A stretch of 64,000 nucleotides of DNA, taken from assembly GCA_965248835.1 (NCBI GenBank), contig CBDFLJ010000002.1, positions 576,001 to 640,000 on the forward strand, written 5' to 3'. Below are positions 42,659 through 51,853 of this stretch, in pieces. This DNA comes from Alphaproteobacteria bacterium (GTDB lineage: Bacteria; Pseudomonadota; Alphaproteobacteria; MPNO01). How positions within the stretch are numbered: the stretch's first letter is position 1; every line of letters begins with the position of its first letter. The notes beneath the pieces are model-generated. The model did not search any database. It was given only the letters and a program-made list of their open reading frames with translations, and was not told the DNA's origin. A program made the position numbers and the translations under genes.

Positions 42659-43342
42659 TCAGCACTTTGGGTCGGGCGGCAGGGCGATGTCGAAATGCCG
42701 CCGCAGGATGTCGTCGATCAGATCGAAGCACGAGCCGTAGCGGACGACTTCGAGCGTGTCGACGTTGATCATCGTCGAGGACTTGCCGTAGACGTTCCAG
42801 CGGGCAAGCCCGTAGTCGATGATGATGTCGGCGGCGGCGCGGATTTCCGGCTCGATATCGTCCGCGCGGAACTTGACGCCCTGTAGAGAGATGTTGGCAG
42901 AGGAGCCGATCACCAGCCGGTTGTCGGCGAAGGCGATGCGGGCGAGCGTGTCGAGGATCGGCCCGGCGTTGAGCAGCATCGCAATCGTGCCGTCCTCGGT
43001 CGTCTGGTCGAGCACGTCGGGATCGAGCCCGGCGAGTGCGGGATGCGCCATCCGGCCGGGGGCCACCGTCCCCATAGGCAGGCCGTAGGCTCCGATGACC
43101 GCAGACACGATCGCGCGGCGGTCCTCGGTCAGCACATGCAGGTCGCGGTGCATCTCCTCGCAGCCGCACATGGCGTTGAGCTTCTCCGGCTTGCGCCGCT
43201 TGACCTCGAAGATCTTCCAGATCGCGGCCGACGTGGTGCCGAGGATCACGTAGCCCACATCGGTCGGGATGATGCCGATCCCTCCGTCCACCAGGACGTC
43301 GTAGACCCGCTTGGCATCGGCTTCGAAGTCGTAGAGCCTCAC
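42659..43342 (-). CDS. Divergent Sua5/YrdC/YciO-like protein
   Basis: GGIGIIPTDVGY, KIFEVKRRKPEK, GSSANIS, SSTMI...VVRYG; GTG start overlaps the upstream stop. Confidence 0.78.
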   Translation of the reverse strand: MRLYDFEADAKRVYDVLVDGGIGIIPTDVGYVILGTTSAAIWKIFEVKRRKPEKLNAMCGCEEMHRDLHVLTEDRRAIVSAVIGAYGLPMGTVAPGRMAHPALAGLDPDVLDQTTEDGTIAMLLNAGPILDTLARIAFADNRLVIGSSANISLQGVKFRADDIEPEIRAAADIIIDYGLARWNVYGKSSTMINVDTLEVVRYGSCFDLIDDILRRHFDIALPPDPKC

Positions 43343-43809
43343 GTCCTTTTCACCCAGTAGTTGCCCATAACCTCGGACACCCAGCCGGGCTCGCGGACCG
43401 CGCCGCGCGGGGCGAAGGCGCGCATATAGGGCTTGATGTCGAGCACCGGCGTGCCGTCGATCGCATCGAGCCCCTGAACCCGCACCGTCGCTCCCTCGAT
43501 CCCGAGCACCCGGCAGACGGTCGATCCCAGCAGGTTGGGGCGGTAATGGCCGCGCTGGGCGAAGATGCCGGCGAGCGGCAGGTCGGGGTTGTTGCGCGGA
43601 TGGCGCGCGCCGGTGACGATGCTCGCCGGATCGGTCCGGTGGAAGTGGTAGAGGATCTCGGCGTGGCTGAACGTATCCAGCCCGACGATGGCGTCCGCAC
43701 CCAGCCATTCGGTGTCGAGCTCGATCGTTGCGGTCACCGAGTCCCAATCGTCGTTGAAGGGCTCGGCGCGGCCGCCCCTGACATAGCCGATCGGGCGAAG
43801 CGCGATCAT
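43339..43809 (-). CDS. Single-domain TsaA/TrmO-like SAM-binding methyltransferase
   Basis: PIGYV, GLDTFSH..ILYHFH, GIFAQR...RPN, GLDAIDGTPVLDIKPY. Confidence 0.88.
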   Translation of the reverse strand: MIALRPIGYVRGGRAEPFNDDWDSVTATIELDTEWLGADAIVGLDTFSHAEILYHFHRTDPASIVTGARHPRNNPDLPLAGIFAQRGHYRPNLLGSTVCRVLGIEGATVRVQGLDAIDGTPVLDIKPYMRAFAPRGAVREPGWVSEVMGNYWVKRT

Positions 43810-44384
43810 TGCGCCGGCGGGTTCCATTCGCTGACCACCGCCTCGTATTCGGCGCGCTGGCGTTCGGTCGGCGGCTCCTTCGGCGTGCCGACATAGACGA
43901 AGCCCGCGACGCGTTCGTGCTCCGCCAGGCCGAGAGCGGCAGCGACATCGGCGTTATAGGCCGGCCATTCGGTCAGCCATTGCGCGGCGTAGCCGATGGC
44001 ATGCGCCGCATTGAGCATGTTGATGCAAGCCGCCCCGCTGGACAGCGTCTGCTCCCATTCGGGGATCTTGTGCTCCCTGGTCACCCGAGAGACGACGGCG
44101 ATCACCACGGGCGCGCGCTGGAAGCGCTCGCGCTCGACCTCGATCAGCTCCTCGAAGGCGTCGGGGTTCTCCTTCTTGAACGCTTCGCCCAGCACATCGC
44201 CGAAGGCCGCGCGCGAATCGCCCTTGATGACGATGAAGCGCCACGGGCCGAGTCTGCCGTGGTCGGGCACCCGCATCCCGGCGCGGAGGATCTTGTCGAG
44301 CTCGTCCGCGCTCGGACCCGGCTCGGTCATGTTGCGCGCGGTCACCGAGCGCCGGGTCAAAAGGAAATCGATGATCTCGCTCAT
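43806..44384 (-). CDS. Nitroreductase (YdjA-like)
   Basis: LLTRRSV, RVPDHGRLGPWRF, KIPEWEQ, GYAAQWLT. Confidence 0.9.
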   Translation of the reverse strand: MSEIIDFLLTRRSVTARNMTEPGPSADELDKILRAGMRVPDHGRLGPWRFIVIKGDSRAAFGDVLGEAFKKENPDAFEELIEVERERFQRAPVVIAVVSRVTREHKIPEWEQTLSSGAACINMLNAAHAIGYAAQWLTEWPAYNADVAAALGLAEHERVAGFVYVGTPKEPPTERQRAEYEAVVSEWNPPAQ

Positions 44385-46063
44385 GTCGTTCTCCAACCAG
44401 CCTCTTGCCGTTCGCCCTGCGCCGCCCGGTCGCGCTCCAGCGCGCGCAGGGCGCCGCGCTGGATCTTGCCGGTCGCGGTCAGCGGCAGCGCATCGACGAA
44501 CTCGATCGCGCGCGGGTACTTGAAGGCCGAGATCTGCGACTTGACGAAGTCCTGCAGCTCGCCGACCAGGGCAGCGTCGCCCCGCGCGCCCTCGGCGACC
44601 TCGACGAAGGCCTTCACGATCGCCCCGCGGTCGGGATCGGGCGCGCCGACCACGGCGCACTCGCGCACCTTGGGATGTTCGAGGAGCACCGCCTCCACCT
44701 CGAGGCCCGAGACGTTATAGCCGCTGGTCAAGATCATGTCGTCGGTGCGCGCCTCGTAGGTGATGTAGCCGTCCGCATCGACTTTGCAGAGATCGCCCGA
44801 CAGGTTCCATCCCTGCCGGACATATTTCTCCTGGCGCTCCCGGTCGTCGAGATAGCGGCACCCGTTGGGGCCCTTGACGATCATCTGTCCGACCTCGCCC
44901 GGCGCGGTGTCGTTGAAGTCCTCATCGACGACGCGGACCCGAAAACCCGGGATCTGCCGGCCGATCGTGCCGGGCTTGATATCGTCCCCGGCGGCCGAGA
45001 TGAATATGTGCAGCAGTTCGGAGATGCCGAGCCCGTTGATCATCGCAACCCCGGTGATCTCCTTCCAGGATTCATAGGTCGCCGGCGCCAGCGGCTCGCC
45101 GCCGGCGACACAGACCCGCAGGCTCGACAGGTCGTAGTCGCGCGCGTGATCGAGCATCAACTTGTAGCCCGAGGGTGTCGAGAAGCAGACCGTCGCCCGT
45201 TTCTCCTGGATCGTCTCCAGAAGGAGTCGCGGCGTCGCCCGTTCCAGCAGGATCGAGCCGGCGCCGAAGCGCGGGGCATCGACCAGGAAGGCGCACAGCC
45301 CGTAGAGGAAGGCGATCTGCGGGCTGCCGCAGACGATGTCGCCGGGCCGGATGCGGACCACGTGGCCGATGAAGCAATCGGCGGCGGCCAGAAGATCGCG
45401 GTGGAAGTGGAGCGTCCCCTTGGGCGCCCCGGTCGAGCCCGAGGTAAAGCCGACGATCGCCACATCATCGGCCGAGGTGTCGACGTTGTCGAACGTGGCG
45501 GCCTTGCCGGCGGCGCGCGCCTCGAGCCCGTCACCCGCGCCGGCGCCGAAATAGAGCGTGTGGGCGAGGTCGGAACAGGACGGCCTTGCCGCCTCGACAT
45601 CCTGGGCCAGGTCCGCATGGCTGATCACGACCTGGACGCGGGCCTTGTTGGCGATATGGACGATCTCGCGCTCGCGCAGCACCGGCATGGTCGAAATCGC
45701 GACCATGCCCGCCTTGAGCACCGCGTACCAACATGCCGCCAGCATCGGATGGTTGCCCGACCGCAGCATCACCCGGGTGCCCGGCACCAGCCCCAGATCG
45801 ACGACCAGCAGATTGGCGATCCGGTTCGCCTCGGCCAGCATGTCGGCGTAGGTCCAGATCTCCGGACCCCAATGGAACATCGGCGCATCGGCGTATCCGG
45901 CTGCGACCTGCTTGTCGAGCAGCTCGACGGCGGCATTGAACCGCGGCGGATAGGCGGCCAGTTCCGGCAGGACGGAATAATCCATCTCCGGCCACAGCCC
46001 GCGCGGCGGCAGGTTGTCGTTGATGTAGGTGTCGATATGCGCGGACGGCTCGGCCATTTGCAT
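44381..46063 (-). CDS. Aryl-CoA ligase (2-aminobenzoate/benzoate-CoA ligase-like)
   Basis: SAHIDTY..DNLPP, FTSGSTGAPKG.LHFHRD, GISELLHIFIS, ARTDDMI..SGYN, KYPRAIEF, TATGKIQR. Confidence 0.85.
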   Translation of the reverse strand: MQMAEPSAHIDTYINDNLPPRGLWPEMDYSVLPELAAYPPRFNAAVELLDKQVAAGYADAPMFHWGPEIWTYADMLAEANRIANLLVVDLGLVPGTRVMLRSGNHPMLAACWYAVLKAGMVAISTMPVLREREIVHIANKARVQVVISHADLAQDVEAARPSCSDLAHTLYFGAGAGDGLEARAAGKAATFDNVDTSADDVAIVGFTSGSTGAPKGTLHFHRDLLAAADCFIGHVVRIRPGDIVCGSPQIAFLYGLCAFLVDAPRFGAGSILLERATPRLLLETIQEKRATVCFSTPSGYKLMLDHARDYDLSSLRVCVAGGEPLAPATYESWKEITGVAMINGLGISELLHIFISAAGDDIKPGTIGRQIPGFRVRVVDEDFNDTAPGEVGQMIVKGPNGCRYLDDRERQEKYVRQGWNLSGDLCKVDADGYITYEARTDDMILTSGYNVSGLEVEAVLLEHPKVRECAVVGAPDPDRGAIVKAFVEVAEGARGDAALVGELQDFVKSQISAFKYPRAIEFVDALPLTATGKIQRGALRALERDRAAQGERQEAGWRTT

Positions 46064-46385
46064 CGGATTGTCGATCTCACCGGGAAACTACTAACCGCCC
46101 CGGACCAAGCCAAGGCCCATTCGGCGGCCGCCGCGCGACGGGAAGGACCGTGGGCGCGGCCCGGCGGCGGGACCGGAAGCGGCGGGCAAGGGTATGGAAA
46201 CGCCGGACAGGAATCGCGATGCCGGGCCGGAGATGGCCCCGGAGCCGAAGCGGATCGATCTCGATCGCGGGATGTGATCGTCGATCCGGCGCCGAAAGCG
46301 CGCGGAATTCGGCAACCCGGCCGGCGGCTGTGCGGGGCAAGCCCGGCAAGCTGCATCCCGAAGTTCGGAAAATTTGCGCCGCCGG

Positions 46386-46787
46386 CTATGCGAACGGCGC
46401 CACGCCTTCGGCCGCGGCCGCCTCGTTCAACCGGCGGTCCAGGCTCGCCAGCGGGCAGCCTTCCCGGATCGCGAGAGCCAGGTAGCTGGCGTCGTAGGCC
46501 GTCAGACGGTGGCCGCGCGCCAGCGCCATGACGCGATGGTCGTCCGACTCGCCCGGACAGTGGATGGGAAGGCGGCGGACCCGGGCCATGGAAGCGTCGG
46601 CATGGCGTTCGTCGATTCGCCCCCGGCGTTCGGCCGACAACAGCAGGTTGCGCAGCTCGTGCCAGAACAGGCCCGGAACCATCGCCGTTTCCTCGGCCAG
46701 CCGGTCGAGCGCAAGGTCGGCCAGCGCCGCCTCCTCGTCCGGTAGCAGCCATGCGGCCGCGATCGAGGCGTCGGGCACGAAGGCCAT
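46386..46787 (-). CDS. vapC: VapC PIN-domain toxin
   Basis: DASIAAAWLLPDE, WHELRN, LTAYDASYLALA, LASLDRRL. Confidence 0.9.
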   Translation of the reverse strand: MAFVPDASIAAAWLLPDEEAALADLALDRLAEETAMVPGLFWHELRNLLLSAERRGRIDERHADASMARVRRLPIHCPGESDDHRVMALARGHRLTAYDASYLALAIREGCPLASLDRRLNEAAAAEGVAPFA

Positions 46788-47029
46788 CAGCGTGTGTGCC
46801 CCTCATGGCGCCAGGACAGGATCTCGGACGTGGTCACGGCCTGCTGCTTGGCCCGTTCCCGGCGCAGGGTCGCGCACAGCGCGGCATGGTCCTGTCCGCC
46901 ATCGATCCGCGTGACGTGGGCGATCGGCGTCGGGCCGCGGCAAATGACGAAATCCTCGCCGGCTTCCACTTCGGCCAGCAGCGCGGACAGGTGCGTCTTG
47001 GCCTCGCCGATCTTCACGTGACGGGTCAT
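46787..47029 (-). CDS. Phd/YefM-family antitoxin
   Basis: VKIGEAKTHLSALLAEVEAGE..VICRGPTPIA; TGATG overlap with vapC. Confidence 0.88.
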   Translation of the reverse strand: MTRHVKIGEAKTHLSALLAEVEAGEDFVICRGPTPIAHVTRIDGGQDHAALCATLRRERAKQQAVTTSEILSWRHEGHTR

Positions 47030-47104
47030 GTTTTGCGTGCTCCTTGTCCGGCCTCGTTCCAAAAGGGCAGGCATGAATTGGGCCTGACCCCGGCTTTGGC
47101 CCGC

Positions 47105-47133
47105 ATGCTAGGGTCGATACCGAACTTGGTCAA
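47105..47133 (-). promoter_or_regulatory. Sigma70-type promoter of the toxin-antitoxin operon
   Basis: Minus strand TTGACC-N17-TAGCAT; GACCAAG direct repeats at and just upstream of the -35. Confidence 0.6.
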
Positions 47134-47884
47134 GCGCTTGGTCTGTTCGAGCTGAGGCGCAAAGACGGCGGGTGGATTTCGCCAAAGATCGATCGAAGCC
47201 GCTGCGGATGGTTACGTTATTGTCCGGGAACGGATATGGCCGTTGACCATAGAGGCTTCGGGGTTTTCGATCGTGTCCCGAGCCGTGGCGTGAGCTCTTA
47301 CTTTTTGTTTTTTGTGTTTTTGGATTCTGTGGTTGGGTCGTTCTTTCTTCCTGTACTTGTGTTATATTACTGTAGGTTAGGGGATTTGGGAAGGGGTTTC
47401 TGTTTGCGTTTCTGAGGATATATTGTTTGTTTTTGTGTCTCTTTTTGGTTGCATTTGGGGAAGTAGGATTGGGGGTGGGTCTGGGGTGCGTCACGGTGGC
47501 TCGATTTTGCCTCTTGGCAAAGCGAAATTCCGGACATACGAGGTGACATACCCGAGCGCCCCTATTCTGAGGAAAAGTGAAGGTGTTTCGGCGGCGGTGG
47601 GGGGCTTCTCCGGGCGGCGTGTGTCCCAGCGGCGGGACCGAGGAAGCGACGATCTCCGCGCGGCAACCGTGCGCCCGATGGCGGCGTGCCCGTGTCCGGC
47701 GAAGGGGCTCCGGGGCTCGCCTGTGTGGTTCTTGTGTCTTATGTCCTTCTTGTGTTCCATGGCCGGGAACCGCTTCCTCCGCCCGCTCGCAAAGGCGTTG
47801 CCGCGGAGGTTGTCGGACGAGGCATTGGCGCGCGCTCCCGATATCGCGGAGCGGATCGTTCCAGGGCAGGACCGATCCGCGGAC

Positions 47885-48425
47885 ACGCCCGGGTGGCGGC
47901 GGAATGATGCGCGGCCGGGATTATTCGGTGGCGCCGGGGCGGCGATTCGCTCCATATCGGGGTCATGCCGAGCGCGACACCCATCGCCCCTGCCACCGAC
48001 GGCTCGGCGCCGCCGGCGGTGGTTTCGGCGGCGCTCGCGGCTCTGGAGCGGGAACGGGCCGCACGCCGGGCGGCAGAGGCGCTTGCGCCGCGGCTTGAGG
48101 CCGAGAACGCGGAGATCGCCGAGCAGGTCCGCCGGCTCGAGCATCTCAATGACGAGCTTCGCAAGGCGCTGTTCGGCAAGAAGTCGGAGAAGCTGGGCGA
48201 GGACGAGCGGCAGCTGTCGTTCGACGATCTTGGAACGGCGGTCGCGGAAGCCGGCGGCGCGCCGGAGGCAGGCGAACAGGGCGAGGAAGCCGAGGCTCGC
48301 CGGCAGCGGCGGCCGACGCGCCCGCCGGCCCGGTTCCCGGCCCGGCTTGAGCGCCGGGTGGAGGTGATCGAGCCGGCGAGCACGCTCTGCCCTTGCGGTT
48401 GCGGCGAGATGACGAAGATCGGCGC
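47885..48425 (+). mobile_element. IS66-family remnant (N-terminus of TnpC; possibly the end of tnpB)
   Basis: LRKALFGKKSEKL..QLSFDDL and FPARLERRVEVIEP..CPCGCGEMTKIG, then similarity ends abruptly. Confidence 0.82.
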
Positions 48426-48474
48426 CGCAGCCGCGATAAGCTGGAAACATACGGCGGCAGGAGGAGCGACAGCG

Positions 48475-48774
48475 ATGGGCCGGCAGCGGGCAGCCACTCC
48501 CCTGAGGCCGTTGCTGGGCACGTTCACCGACCACCCCGCGAGCGTCGGCGAGACCTATCGGGACTATATGGTCGTCGCTCTGGGCTACGGCGCGCGGTTG
48601 GTCCGCGCCGGCTGCGCCGCCATGGTCCACGCTTTCCTTCCCGCGCTGTTCGAGACCACGGCCAGCGAGACGATCCGGGCGATGCACGCGGAGATGGAAA
48701 ACCGCGGAAGCCCTCCGCCGGCGTCCTGGTCCGGGGGTGACCCCGCGAGCGTCGTTTCGACCCGAGCAAGTTGA
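48475..48774 (+). CDS. DUF6356-like small protein
   Basis: FTDHPASVGETY...VHAFLPALFETTAS; AGGAG upstream; in frame with the IS66 remnant. Confidence 0.72.
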   Translation: MGRQRAATPLRPLLGTFTDHPASVGETYRDYMVVALGYGARLVRAGCAAMVHAFLPALFETTASETIRAMHAEMENRGSPPPASWSGGDPASVVSTRAS

Positions 48775-48987
48775 GAAAATAGGACAAAAACGCCGCAAGC
48801 GGCGGGTATTTCAGTGGCCTGCCAGCATATCAGAAGCCGAAGTTTGAGCCCGTCAGATCACGCAATCTCTATCGGTTTGCGTGCCGATCAGCGTCCAACT
48901 TCCGCGCCGATCGACAGCCATGCCTCTCTTCTGGTGTCCGACGGATCGGGGCGGGCCGCGACGCCAGTGTCCTAGGAGGCGAAACGT

Positions 48988-49746
48988 TCACCCGGTGATC
49001 GTGCCGCCGTCCACGGTGACCGTCTGGCCGGTAACCAACTCGGCTGCGTCAGACGCAAGAAACGCGGCCGCGCCGACAAGGTCGGACGGTTCGATCAGCC
49101 GCTTGACGCTTTGGGATCGCATGATATCGGCTTCCAGCTCGCTCACGGTCTCCGCATCCGCCATCGATCTCGTCGCCTCGGTGATAGTGTAGCCGGGAGC
49201 CAGCGCGTTCACCGTCACGCCCGAGCCAGCGAACTCACGGGAGAGAGCTCCCGTCAACGCCCAGACAGCGCCCTTGGACGCGACGTAGTGGAGAAAACCG
49301 GGCTTTCCCATGAAGATCACGTTGCTGGCGACATTGATGATGCGCCCCCCGCCTTGCGCCCGCATCGGGGCCGCCACCGCCCGACACATTTGCCAGACGC
49401 CTTTTACGTTGACCGACATCACCCGGTCCCACTCCGGTTCCGGTATATCTTCGAAACCCCTGATGGCGATCCCGGCATAGAGCGCGGCGTTGTTGATCAG
49501 CACGTCGATACGCCCGAACTCATCCACCGCGGCCGCGACGATCGCCGCAGCATCACCTGCCGAGGTCACGTCGCCAGTGGCAGGGATCGCCTCGCCCGAC
49601 GCTTCTCTGATTTGCTGGATCGTCCCGTCGCAACTCAGCCGGTCGGCAGCGACGACCCGTGCGCCCAGGCCCGCGAAATGCAGCGCGAATTCCCGGCCGA
49701 TCCCGCGGGCGGCGCCGGTGACGATGCAGACGCGCTCCTTCAGCAT
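48988..49746 (-). CDS. Short-chain dehydrogenase/reductase
   Basis: TGAARGIG, LINNAA, YVASKG, VNALAPG, VDGG. Confidence 0.93.
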   Translation of the reverse strand: MLKERVCIVTGAARGIGREFALHFAGLGARVVAADRLSCDGTIQQIREASGEAIPATGDVTSAGDAAAIVAAAVDEFGRIDVLINNAALYAGIAIRGFEDIPEPEWDRVMSVNVKGVWQMCRAVAAPMRAQGGGRIINVASNVIFMGKPGFLHYVASKGAVWALTGALSREFAGSGVTVNALAPGYTITEATRSMADAETVSELEADIMRSQSVKRLIEPSDLVGAAAFLASDAAELVTGQTVTVDGGTITG

Positions 49747-49752
49747 GACCGG

Positions 49753-50445
49753 CTAGCCGGCGAAGCTCCCCGGGCCGGGCCACGGGTCGCCCAGGCGCCA
49801 GGCGGCGTCGAAGACGTGGATCTGGTGCTGAACGCTTCGCAGGAAGACACGGTCCAGGGCCTGAAGATCGGATTCGCGCAGATCGGCCGTACAAGTCTCG
49901 AGCGCGGCGACGAGGGCATTCACCTGCTCCCTCTGGAAGGGGCGGCGGTAGTGGTCGATCCATTTGCGATAGACCGCGCGGTGCCGCGAGAGATCCTTGT
50001 CCTTCAGCCAGTCGCCGATCTCGGCGAACCCGACGCAGCAGGGCAAGGTGGCGGCGAATATCTCGAACGGGGTCCCTTCATGGGCGGTGCGCACGAGGTG
50101 GTTCATGTACCCTTCCCGCGCCTTGAGGGCGGCCCAGCGGTCCGTCGAATACTCGTTGCAGCTGATCTCCGCGAGCCACTTTTCCTCGACATTGCCTTCG
50201 TCGTAATCAGCGATCAGCTTGAGGAAGGGGCGGAAATGCCGCAAGTCGCCGGGGCTCAGCTTGGCGAAGCCCATGAAATAGACTCGGGAGAAATCGGCGA
50301 GATACGGCAAATCCTGGACCAGGAAGAAGCGGAACCGCTCGATGCTGAGATCGCCGTCGTGGATGCCGACCAGCCAGGGATGGCGGACATAGGCGGTCCA
50401 ACTCTTCTCCGCATGCGCCATGAGCCGTTCCACCAGCCTGCCCAT
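49753..50445 (-). CDS. TenA/THI-4/PqqC-family protein (atypical)
   Basis: HPW..GI.DG.L..ERFRFFLVQD..YL, LPCC..FAEIG, YRKWIDHY; start codon uncertain. Confidence 0.82.
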   Translation of the reverse strand: MGRLVERLMAHAEKSWTAYVRHPWLVGIHDGDLSIERFRFFLVQDLPYLADFSRVYFMGFAKLSPGDLRHFRPFLKLIADYDEGNVEEKWLAEISCNEYSTDRWAALKAREGYMNHLVRTAHEGTPFEIFAATLPCCVGFAEIGDWLKDKDLSRHRAVYRKWIDHYRRPFQREQVNALVAALETCTADLRESDLQALDRVFLRSVQHQIHVFDAAWRLGDPWPGPGSFAG

Positions 50446-50647
50446 CGCGGCCTCGCTCCCCGTCCTGAACCGGATGCCCCGCGGCGCACAGGCTAGCGGC
50501 GGCGGCGCGCCCGCGCCAACCCTTTTCCTATCCCACGACAAATGGGTATATCCTTGCTGCAGATCTCACGGCATTGGCTGTGACGACCGCATGCGCAGGT
50601 GCCTGGATTCGAGTGAGCTGTTGGCCCTGAAGAAAGGAAGGCTTACG

Positions 50648-51700
50648 ATGAATACTGCGACTTCGAGACGGCGTTTCCTACAAACCACCGCCTTGGGCGG
50701 AGTGGCCGCGACCCTAGGATCGGCAGGCTGGATCACGCCCTCCTTCGCGGCGGATCCGCTCCGTGTGACGCATTACGGAGGCCCCTATCGCGCGCTTGAG
50801 AAGCTCGTCGGAAAAACCTTCGAGAAGGCCGGCCATGGCACCGTCGAATACGAGCAGGACCAGCCCGGGCTGATCATCAGCAAGTGGAAGGCGCAGCCCG
50901 ACGATCCGATCTACGACATCGGCTTCCTGACCCGGGACCCAACGGTCCGCGCCGGCAATGCCGGACTGGTCGAGATCCTGTCCCAGGCCGATATCCCCCT
51001 TCTCAAGGAGTGCCGTCCCGGGACGCTCGCACCTGGCGGCGCCGGCGTCGCGATGGTCTTCGACGCCATAGACGTTGTGTACAACAAGGAGGGCGTCTCT
51101 AAGCCGGTCGACTCGTGGTTCGATCTGTGGCGCCCCGAGGTGCGCGGCAAGCTGATGCTGCCGGCTGCGCCGCTCAACAGCATGATCGCGGTGGTGCTGT
51201 GCAGCATCGCGCGCGCCATGGGCGGCAACGAGCGGACCGTCGATAAAATCTTCCCGAAGGTCGCGGAGCTCAAGCCACATGTGCGCAGCTTCTTCGGCGA
51301 CCCGAACCAGGTCACCCAGCTTATGGAGCGGCGCGAGGTGGTCATCGCGCCCCAGTACAGTGCGCGCATCGGCTTGGCGATCTCGAAGAACGCCTTCCTC
51401 GCCCGCGGGACGCCGAAGGAAGGCGTGCCTTCGCAGCCCTACGACCTGGCGATCGCCAAGGGTTCCAAGCGGATGAAGCTGGCGAAGACCTATGTGAACT
51501 ACACGCTCCGGCAGGACGTGCAGAAGGCGATTTGCTCGGCGATCCCGCTCACGCCAGCCAACAAGAACGTCAAGCTGGACGAAGCGGCCGCCCGGCTGAT
51601 CATTCAGGATCCCAGCCGTCTGTTCGAGTACGATTACGCCTATGTGGCGAGCCGGCAGAGCGAGTGGGCGGACCGCTGGGCGCGCGAGATCGCGGGCTGA
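50648..51700 (+). CDS. PotD/PotF-like ABC substrate-binding protein, Tat signal
   Basis: SRRRFLQ leader, SWFDLWRPE, PKEG. Confidence 0.87.
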   Translation: MNTATSRRRFLQTTALGGVAATLGSAGWITPSFAADPLRVTHYGGPYRALEKLVGKTFEKAGHGTVEYEQDQPGLIISKWKAQPDDPIYDIGFLTRDPTVRAGNAGLVEILSQADIPLLKECRPGTLAPGGAGVAMVFDAIDVVYNKEGVSKPVDSWFDLWRPEVRGKLMLPAAPLNSMIAVVLCSIARAMGGNERTVDKIFPKVAELKPHVRSFFGDPNQVTQLMERREVVIAPQYSARIGLAISKNAFLARGTPKEGVPSQPYDLAIAKGSKRMKLAKTYVNYTLRQDVQKAICSAIPLTPANKNVKLDEAAARLIIQDPSRLFEYDYAYVASRQSEWADRWAREIAG

Positions 51701-51853
51701 GGTCAGGCCGGCGGCCCGACCGGGAGGCCATGCCGGTCTTTGGGGGACCGTCTCCCGGCGGTCTCCCGCGATGGTTGAGCGGCGGCCCGACATGATAAGG
51801 GACCGCCCGCTCCCGGCTCGGCCGAAGGGCGCGATGCGCCGGGCGGTGAGGAG

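Noticed and set aside
47108-47494. 128-aa minus-strand ORF over the G+T tract
   Set aside because: Lys/Asn/Pro/Thr-rich composition simply mirrors the skew; codon usage is unlike the rest of the window.
46064-48000. tRNA or att site at the accessory-region boundary
   Set aside because: No cloverleaf, T-loop consensus or direct repeat found by eye.
50446-50647. Possible TPP riboswitch near tenA (CCTGAACCGGAT...)
   Set aside because: No upstream GCTGAGA or downstream GCG.AGGGA core, and it is on the wrong strand for tenA.
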